Assembly (NCBI RefSeq): GCF_009914755.1
Contig: NC_060934.1
From: the human T2T-CHM13v2.0 reference genome, Homo sapiens
Strand: one strand, 5' to 3'
Length of the DNA stretch: 64,000 nt
Positions 54,993 through 64,000 of this stretch are shown one piece after another (the first letter of the stretch is position 1; each line of letters begins with the position of its first letter). The position numbers were made by a program, and so were the translations under genes. The notes beneath the pieces were generated by a model. That model had not been told where the DNA came from. It ran no database searches and was given only the letters and a program-made list of their open reading frames with translations.

Positions 54993-57714
54993 GCGCGTGC
55001 GAGTGTGCACGCTTGTGTCATTTGAAATGCGGGGCTGACGGAGCTCTGGTGGCCGGGGGGAAAGAGCTCTTCTTACCTAATTACCCGCTCATCTGATTTA
55101 ATATTTGCAAAGATCCTTTCCTAAGGTGGGAGAGGGGAAGCGGAGACAAGGAAGGGCGGGGGGATAATTATAAAGCGTGAAACTAGCCAGGTGTACTTTA
55201 TTGCAGAAATTAGAGGTAATTTTTACGTAATCATGGTTTGTCTGATATGCAGTCTGTAATTTAATAATTAATGTGATTCTGGTTGTTTTACATGTCGTCA
55301 AACTAAGGTAGAGCGTTTATTGGAAAGAAGTAGAGAGCTGGGATTCCTGAAGAAAGGAAAGTATGTCTAATTTTTAGCTGGCTTGATAGGAAAGTTTTTA
55401 TTAGCTCGGAGGGGTCAGTAGGATCTATTTGTATTTCAGGCATGTTAGGAAAAGGAAACCTAAAAAGAGAGAAAAGATTGCCAGAGTGGGAACAAAAGGT
55501 CTGTGTCCTTTTTCGACATTTTAAGTTTTCTCTGATCAGGCGAGAAATTGGATAGCGGATCTAAGCTGTAATTAATCTAATCCAGTGAGAAAAAAATGGA
55601 TTGGTATGGTAAGAGTGCGTGTAAAATGTTTCCTGTTCTACCCACTGTAGGACTTAACATCCCTATTCTGTCTGGCACCTTATGGTACTCTGCAGTATTG
55701 AGGTTATTCCAGGCTTTATGATCCATTTCCCTGGCAACTAACTTTCCCCTGCCATGCTAGATTCTTTTTCTAGCATGTTAAGTGTTATGAGTTAAGAGAT
55801 TCTTGAGAAACTCTGCAGTGGCCAATTATTTGAGCTGCAAGGACCTCCCCACCAAAAAAAAGGAGGGGGGTGGAGGAGGGGGATGATAGAATCTGTTATG
55901 CAAATTGTCTTTTGAGTCAATATTAAGAATGTTAATTTGCTTGTACACGATCAGGTTCATCTTTTCCGTATTCTGTTTTGGTAGTTTTCTCCGAGATGTG
56001 AATCATGATTAGTAACATTTCCACGATATTTGTTTTAAGAGACCTCTGTCCTGTCCCCCATCTTAAAATATATACCTGTATAGACACGTAATACATGTTT
56101 GCACATGAGCTAGTATGAAAGTTTTATGCGTTTTCTCCTCTAGAGGCTAGAGGGTCCAGGCTAAACTGAAGAATTCGCCTAATCATGATTTTGAATTTAT
56201 GGTCACCTGCTACTTAAGTGACCATAATATAGCTAAGCTGATGAATGCTCTATGAATTTAAAGTGTTAATGGCCTCAGAAAGATGCAGTTTCTTGTCAAT
56301 TAAATTATGAATTACAAAAATTTAATTTATCCTTTTCATTTGGTGGATGAATGTGGCCTGTTCAAGCGATTTGCTCTGAACTGAGCCCTTGTGCCTTAGC
56401 CATGGAGTCTCCTATGAAAATCCTAACGTGACTTCCACCTCACTTCTCTTCCAAATGTTAGTTATTTCCAAATGATAGCCTTTGGAATCAAACCCAAATT
56501 GTTCTCAGCGTTTGTCAGCTGTTGCTTAATTGAACTAAGGGAAGAAAAGAGGATTTGTAAATGATAGTTTTATTATTTGTTTCCTAAATAGCTATTGTGT
56601 GTCTCCATAGCCCTGAGAACACTAGAGCATGCTTTTATATATCGTTCATAATTAACTCACATTAAATACTGTATCTGGGGATAGAGGTGTGTGGGGGGGA
56701 ATATGACAAGTTGAAAATGCCTGAAATCCGCCTAAGTTGTAAGTTTTATTGCCATATTCACCCAGTTGAGAAGATAGCCATGCGGATTTATTGTTTTAGG
56801 GACTGGTTGTCATGTGTGGTATATTGCCATTTGGACTAAATTGCAGTCGGCTAGATATTGGCCTGTTCCTAAAAGGAACTTAAATAAAGCATAGGGGCTT
56901 TTCTGCTGTTGATTTTTCTAAAGCAGTAGAATATTTTCAATGGCGTTTTCCCACGAGAATATATTAGATAAGTTTGCAAGATGTAATATGTTTGAGTCCT
57001 CAAGGCAGATGAACAAATAGCTTTTGAGATGAATTATTACGCTTGATAGCCCCACGAGCTATCCAGTGTTTAAAGAGCCCAGATCATTTAAGGCTCTGTA
57101 GTGGTGTAGAATTGCTGTAACATATGCTTCAAAGTTTTGGGGTTTTAAACATTCGGTATCAAAACTATAAATGGAAATGGACATTTTAAATAATCTTGGC
57201 TATTAAAGTTTCATTGTCTTTGTGTTACTATACAATATCATCTACAATATTAGCCACACAGCATAATGAAAACAGGCACTGATTTTTTTTTAAATTTGAT
57301 TTTAAACTGACAGTTGATTTTCAATTAAGATGGCGGAGAGTGTTTCCTCCTTTGATTCACCTTTTTAATGACCATATACATGCATTTAGGGTTTGTAAAT
57401 GGTTTTGGATTTTTAAACAAAGCTAATAAATAAAGTCTCAGAAATGAGAAATTACAGTTAGACTGATAAACACAGCTTAAAAAGCATTAGGTGTTAGAAT
57501 AAGACACTGAGAAGAGTCTACCAATAAATTAAAAATAAATTTTTTTTACATTTGGTAGGTAACCTTATTGAAAATGAGAAAAGTTATGTTGACTGTAAAT
57601 TCATCAGCTTAATGAACTAGCTTTTTGTTAAGTCCTTTCAAGTTAGGATAACTGGCAAAATATCTATCAGTGTATAATTAAACTGAAGGGTGGTTCTAAG
57701 GACATCATTGTTAA

Positions 57715-58000
57715 AGCTGAAAAGGGCTTTAGAGACCATCTCATCAGACCTCATTTTATAGATTAAGAAACTGTTAGAGGGGCAGTGTGACGAGTCCAAG
57801 AAGTAATTACTGCCTCCCCCCAAAATAAGGAAACGTGAGTTGTTAGTTGAGTGCCTGCCATGCGCCAGGATAGTTTATTCACACCGTCTCTAATCTGCAG
57901 GGTGGATATTGCCCACATTTTACAGATGATGCTTAAAGAGGTGACCTGCTTGCCCCTGCCACATAGGCAGTAAATGGCAAAACTGTGGTTTTCAAGTAAG
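57715..58000 (-). mobile_element. Two adjacent MIR/MIR3 fragments
   Basis: TTAGAGACCATCT...CTCATTTTATAGATTAAGAAACTG and CACATTTTACAGATGA...GACCTGCTTGCCC. Confidence 0.7.
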
Positions 58001-60583
58001 TGAACACATGTGGGGTGGCATGTAATGTTCATGGGTTGATGCAGAGAAGAACACTGAATTAAAGGATATGACATACCCTTTTATCAAAATCAAAACTGTG
58101 CCATGTGAGAATGAGCATAAGAAATAAGTATGTCACCTGATCAGGATTGATGTATGTGAAACATCATTTTATACTTTCTAATTTGATTCCAATTCGGTTA
58201 TTCCATATATTTATTAACTAAGCAGAATACGTTTTAATTAAAAATCTTTTTGGTTTACAAGGTTCCAGCAAGATAAAGATCAAAAGCAGTGGGGTTCTGT
58301 TTTTCTCCTCCATGGGCATTTAAAGTCTATTTAGAAAATGCAGTTATAAATAATACGGAGATAACTGGCATTTATCACCTGATACTCTGATGGTCATGAA
58401 AGGAAATTAAAATGAGAAAAGTCTAAAGAAAAGACTTTGCGTATGGTTCTTTAAGGAAAATTTTTGAAGTGTTTTTTTCAGTTGAGATTGCTCCGTTAAC
58501 AGCACATGTTATCAGCTGCTTTCCGAGAGGAAGAATTCGTCCCACATTGGCTTTTTAGAACACTGATGTTATCTTTGATCTGGGCAGAGGTATTATTTTA
58601 ATTGTTTAATCTTGCTGTTTAATTGCAATTTGCTGGGTTGAGATAACTTTGGCATCTGTTGATGAGATGCAGTGAGCTGGGGAAACAAGACCCTTGAAAG
58701 ACAAGATAAAAAGGTGATGGGATTTTTGGATATGAACCTAGTAATTAAGATTTCATGGGATCATTTGGAGTGTTTTCCACTTCTCAGTGTTTGGTTGTTT
58801 TTTTTTTCTCCCCTGACAGCTACAATAACACTGTATTTGGCCTCTGGTAAAAGACTGCAATATCCTTAGCTTTTTTACATAAATCCCCAAACTTCATTTC
58901 TCTTTACCCCTTCCTTACTTTTATTAAAAGTTAAACACTCGTTTACTTAGCATAAAAAGACAGGTTACGTTTGGCATGCAAAATGATCTGATACAGCTGA
59001 GTGTAATACAGCCAGCGCCCAATATGACCCAGCTCTTGGGCAAAAAATCAGGGTAGCGATCATTGTTGAGACTTATATGTAGATTATAATGGGAATATGA
59101 TGTCATTGTTGAATTTTTTGTAAAAACCGACAAAAATGAAAACAAACTCTCATAAATGTTAAGCAGTACTATAAGCATTCCGTATCTAATTTGCATTTAA
59201 ATGGAAAATGTTATATTTTCAACATGAGTCAAGGAGCAAAATTAATAAGTCATCAATGTTGCTTATGTTCAATGCTGCACTTTACCCAAACTTAATAGGT
59301 CATTATTTCCACTTTAGAGTATTACCGTTTGGGAGATTTTGTTTCTTCACGGGAGGGTCACATTTTCGCTTTTTGTTTTCGGATTAGGCCATCACAAAGA
59401 GTTAGATGTTTGTCAGTGTAATGTTTGTTTTACAGAACCACAGAAGGGAGGGTTTGGAAACTACTAATGATTTCCAGTTCATTAGCACCTACAAGTTCTC
59501 ATGCATCCTGTTTGTTTCCTCCACCAAGGAGGTGCCGAGTAATATAATGAAGCCAGTATCAGTGGTGTGCTACTTGTGTAGCAGTGCAGAAAATGTATTT
59601 TTATTTTTCCTTAAGAAACAGCTCTTGCTAAACTTAAGAGAAATGGAGCTGCACATTCCTGGGAAAAACCTATGTGGGAAACAAAAACTAATTAGAGCAG
59701 CAAATGTGATGCTCTCAGGTAATTGTAAAATAATTATTCCCCTTTAGTATCATCACCGTGTAATTGTTCCATCCAATATCCTCATGCTCTGAATCCAGAT
59801 GTGAAGGGATGGAAACCATCTCCTCCTCCTGGGAATGTATTTTTCATTTAGTGAGAGCTTTAGACTCCTCCTAAAGGACTTTTAAAAGAAAGGGGAAGAC
59901 ATTGAGGGAGATTTTGAACAGCTTCACTCTCCCCATTTGTTCTAAATCATGACAGAAAGTGATTACTCCAACTGTTTTTATAGAAATACAATTCCAGTTA
60001 TGTGGCTGAAATGCCTTGTGAGCGTATTTGAGATTTACGCATTGGCCGTGCCAACCTGGAGTTTTATGAACAGTCTCTTTTATGAACTGCAGATTGTATG
60101 TTCTGTTTAGATACTAAAAGTGATGTTTTAAAATCAGCTGATAATTTAAAATGTAATGCTAATAAGTGTGTAGTCCTGTGGTTTTCAAAATGACGTATGA
60201 GTACAAATTCAGGTTTTGGTTAAATTTTATTTACTCCATTTGAGTGAATGCCTCAGAGCCAACATAACCAGCAAATTATTAGACCCATTTTTTTTCCTCC
60301 TAAAGATTTATGTAAATTAAGTTTAGGCTGTATTTAAACTATCAGGTCGGCTTTATTAGTCTGTGTTTTTCTATCAGGTTATGTGGCCTTTTACTTAAGG
60401 TTGGGTTTTAAATGAAGAAATCTATTCTGAAGAGATCTTCATTTAAACAATCTGTGCGTCCTCCAGATCAGCAGCCCAGGAGTCACCTAGGTAGTTGACC
60501 AGTTTGCCAGGATTCCTCTAGTGCTTTAAAGGTAGGAGTTAGATACAATATTTTGATTTTAAATCTCAGTAATTAAAGAAGTC

Positions 60584-61037
<454 letters not shown>

Positions 61038-61463
61038 CTACTTTCACAGATGAAGGTGGTGACTCACTACTCAGGGACAATGAAATTAAGGTCAGCTGAT
61101 TTATTTCACAACTTGACATAGCTTTTGGACAGCTTAAATTGTTTCTGGTACCATAACAGTGTACTCCCAAGTACTTTGATTTACATACTAAGTCTAAAAT
61201 TCTGTGCTTTTATGCTGAAAGTCTTGATTTTATGCTTTTTCTAAAGAAAGTTCACAGCTTGAGTAAAACTCATTAAATTTTAAGGTGGTATTTTATATCC
61301 TTTCTCCCAAATTATGTCTTCCTTTCTCCTAGTAGCAGGAAAGTTGACCCTCATTTATTTGACACAAAGGCAATCAGTTGGTCTTTTAGGCTAAAAGAGT
61401 AAAGTATTTTGTCACTTACTTGAATGTGGTCAGTAGGCCTGAAATATGTGTGGGGGTATATAC

Positions 61464-61467
<4 letters not shown>

Positions 61468-61517
<50 letters not shown>

Positions 61518-61520
61518 GTA
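61468..61520 (+). repeat. (TG)n(TA)n compound microsatellite
   Basis: Seen directly. Confidence 0.96.
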
Positions 61521-61553
61521 TGTGACTGTATATCTGGAAAGTCATCTTATTGG

Positions 61554-61928
61554 ACATATGGTTAGGCTTTGTGTCCCCACCCAGATCTCATCTTGAATTG
61601 TAGTCACCATAGTCCCCACGTGTCAAGGGAGAGAGCAGGTGGAGGTAAGTGAATTATAGGGACAGTTTCTCGTGTGCTGTCCTCGTGGTAGCGAGTTCTC
61701 ACGAGATCCGATGGTTTTATAAGGGGCCCTTCCCCCTTCGTTCAACGCTTTCCCTTCTTGCCACCTTGTGAGGGAGGTGCCTGGCTTCCCCTTCCCTTTC
61801 TGCCGTGATTGTAAGTTTCCTGAGGTCTCCCCAGTCATGCTTAACTGTGAGTTGAGTAAAACTTTCTTCTTTATAAATTACCCAGTCTCAGGCAGTTCTT
61901 TATAGCAGTTTGAAAATGGACTAATACA
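61554..61928 (+). mobile_element. Solo THE1D-like MaLR LTR
   Basis: ATATGGTTAGGCTTTGTGTCCCCACCC...GATTGTAAGTTTCCTGAGG...GGACTAATACA. Confidence 0.92.
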
Positions 61929-64000
61929 GCATAGGTCTTCGCTTTCTTAAAATATTTACCACGAAATGGTCTTTGGTTACAAAAGTCATCATACTTGTGT
62001 TTTTGGATTATTACCATTGTAACTGAAAGACTTTATGTTCAGAAAAGTTTCACATTGTGACCAAAGATGTACTGCAAATTAGTGATACTGCTAGAAAAAA
62101 GTCTCAGGACTGTATTTCAACTCTTCTGCCCAGAACTTTGGATTAACTCTGATGAAGGGTGAAGACAACCTCACTCTGGCAGTTCTGCCATGTTACTGGG
62201 TGAAAAGCTCAGACTCTTTCCCTTTTGAGGGCCTCTTTTCTCCTCACTGCTGAGTCCTTGGATCTGGGGGCTTCTTCTGTTTCTCAGTGGCAATTAAGAT
62301 GTTGCTACTCCTGAGGTCTTTTCAGAGTTAGAGTAGGAAGAAAAACAGACTCTTCACAGAGAAATCTGGACAGTTGGGCCTCCACGGATGTTTTCTTGTT
62401 ATGCAGACACATACGGTCCTCCGCGGACCACACCCCCTACCTTGTGCCTCTTGGCTGCTGCTTCCATTTTATATGATCCATGTCATGATCCCACTGCCAC
62501 CTGTTGCTGTTGAAAGGGGTCCTTGAAATTTTTATTGTCTAATGGGAGTCCAGCATATAAACTGAACACTTAAAAAAGGTGAACGTTACAGCAGATTCAC
62601 AAGCCCGGAAGTGGGTAAATTGGTTTAAACCAACTTAAATACCTACCTGCCTCCCCCGCCACACACACCCAGGTGTTTTCTCTTTGGAACTCGGGGGGAA
62701 GACATTGGGTATCAAGTAAAACAGGGTTGAAATCATTTGGTCCTTGAAAACTCTTAGGGGAATAATAGAAAGATGATACCCAGAAGTGTGAAGACAGAAA
62801 GCATTTGTTAGAGGACTAATGTGGATTTACTTCGTTGTTTTGCTCTTCACTCCTGAATCTCTGTACCCTGGCCTAGATTCAGTGTGGTCATAACCAGTAC
62901 AGAGTACAGCTTTCTCTGAAGTTGTCTTGTTGCCCTTCTTATGTTTTCCTGATTTATATATATGTTTTAAAAAATCTCCTTTAATGCCCGTTTTATCCTT
63001 TTCCTGAGCGGCTTCCTAAGTTTCAACAGAAGGGGCCACAGCCGTCTGGGACTTAGTTCTCAGGGTTGGAGCCTCGGGAGGAGAGCAGTATCCAAATACC
63101 TAGCTCATTACTTGTAAATTCCACTGGAGCAGCTGCTTGTTTCTGCGCATTGAACTGTATTTTGACTTCCTACATTGTAGGAGGAGTGTTGAGTTTTCGA
63201 GTTGAGCATAAGGGTGGCGTGTTTCGGAATGATTAACTTTATGGATGTCTTTGTCTGGGCCAGCTATATTTGGCTATGCTGCAGCTGTGTTTGCCTTCTC
63301 AAAATTGTCACCAGGAGGCCTCCAACTGCAATTAGTCACTTCAGTCCACGCTGGTAACATCTTTGCTCGTGACTCCCATTGTCCAGCCAGCCATCTTTTC
63401 TTGGTGTCAGGTCTGAGAGATAACACAGGAATCCTTTGAGAAGCCTGAATGCTGCTGGCAGCTCTGTCTCAAAGCAGTTTCTTAATATTAAGCCATCCTT
63501 ACATTGCCTCCTCGTGCATTTGGGATTCTTCTTTCTTTTCACCACAAGCTCATGTTTTCCTGTCTGCTCGTTCCCCCTTTTCTTTTACGCTCTGATGTCC
63601 GAAAGTTGCCGCCAGCATCAAATGGACGGTGTTTCTTCCTCTTCTGGGTACCTAGAGCGCTTGGGAATGCATTTTTACTTCTGGTGTCTTAGAGTCCCCT
63701 TACACAAGGGCCCCTTTCCTGTGTTGGAGAGGAGACTGAGAGGCAAGTCGTTTTTTTTATCTTCACCTCGGTTGAGTACTTGCTACAGAATTTACCTTTC
63801 TTTCGGGAGGAATTGAGGAAATACTTTTTCTTACTACAAAGACCATTTTAATTCCATTGGCTATGCGTGGTTTTTAATTTTTCATGGAAGTAACTTCCTC
63901 TTGGATTGTTCGACTTGCCCTGTATGTCGTAGAATGGAACCACTAGGGACATGGCTTCAGGGCCTCTCCCAGCACCAGAGTGGAAGGGCATCCTTCAAGG

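Larger units (their letters stand above)
53740..55060 (+). promoter_or_regulatory. CELF2: CpG island promoter for CELF2 exon 1b
   Basis: Abrupt, very GC- and CpG-dense segment in an AT-rich background, containing exon 1b. GC boxes (GGGGCGGAG about 54052, CCGCCC about 54131) and an inverted CCAAT (ATTGG 54195-54199). Confidence 0.93.

Noticed and set aside
53730-55021. Long minus-strand ORFs (426 aa and 375 aa) and other ORFs in the CpG island
   Set aside because: Pro/Arg/Ala/Gly low-complexity products with non-ATG starts. Stop codons are scarce at this GC content, and no domain is recognisable.

Overview
Primate (almost certainly human) genomic DNA: AT-rich, rich in Alu, L1, L2, MIR and LTR elements, with one CpG island. 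The only protein-coding sequence I can support is two alternative first coding exons of CELF2 (CUGBP2/ETR-3, chr10p14 from recall), both on the + strand. Exon 1a (ATG 41687, MRCPKSAVTMRNEELLL|S) sits behind a GA-repeat promoter. Exon 1b (ATG 54351, MTSAFKLDFLPDMMVEGRLLVPDR|I) sits in a CpG island. Both end in phase-2 donors that splice to a shared exon outside the window. The rest is upstream or intronic sequence, and nearly all entries in the ORF track are repeat or GC-content artefacts. Main observations: (1) an upstream ATG at 41634 encodes MFEHTSELAFVETISIE, which matches the N-terminal extension I recall from non-human CELF2, but it is one base out of frame here and forms an overlapping uORF; (2) a THE1 LTR in intron 1 differs from another THE1 copy at two positions that create a splice acceptor and a consensus donor, defining a candidate 60-nt poison exon; (3) a 452-bp local templated duplication is inserted into a MIR; (4) there are candidate antisense exons, a G-rich degenerate minisatellite after exon 1b, and non-B-DNA tracts at promoter 1a. 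I found no evidence for a wholly new gene system. Repeat subfamily calls are by eye.
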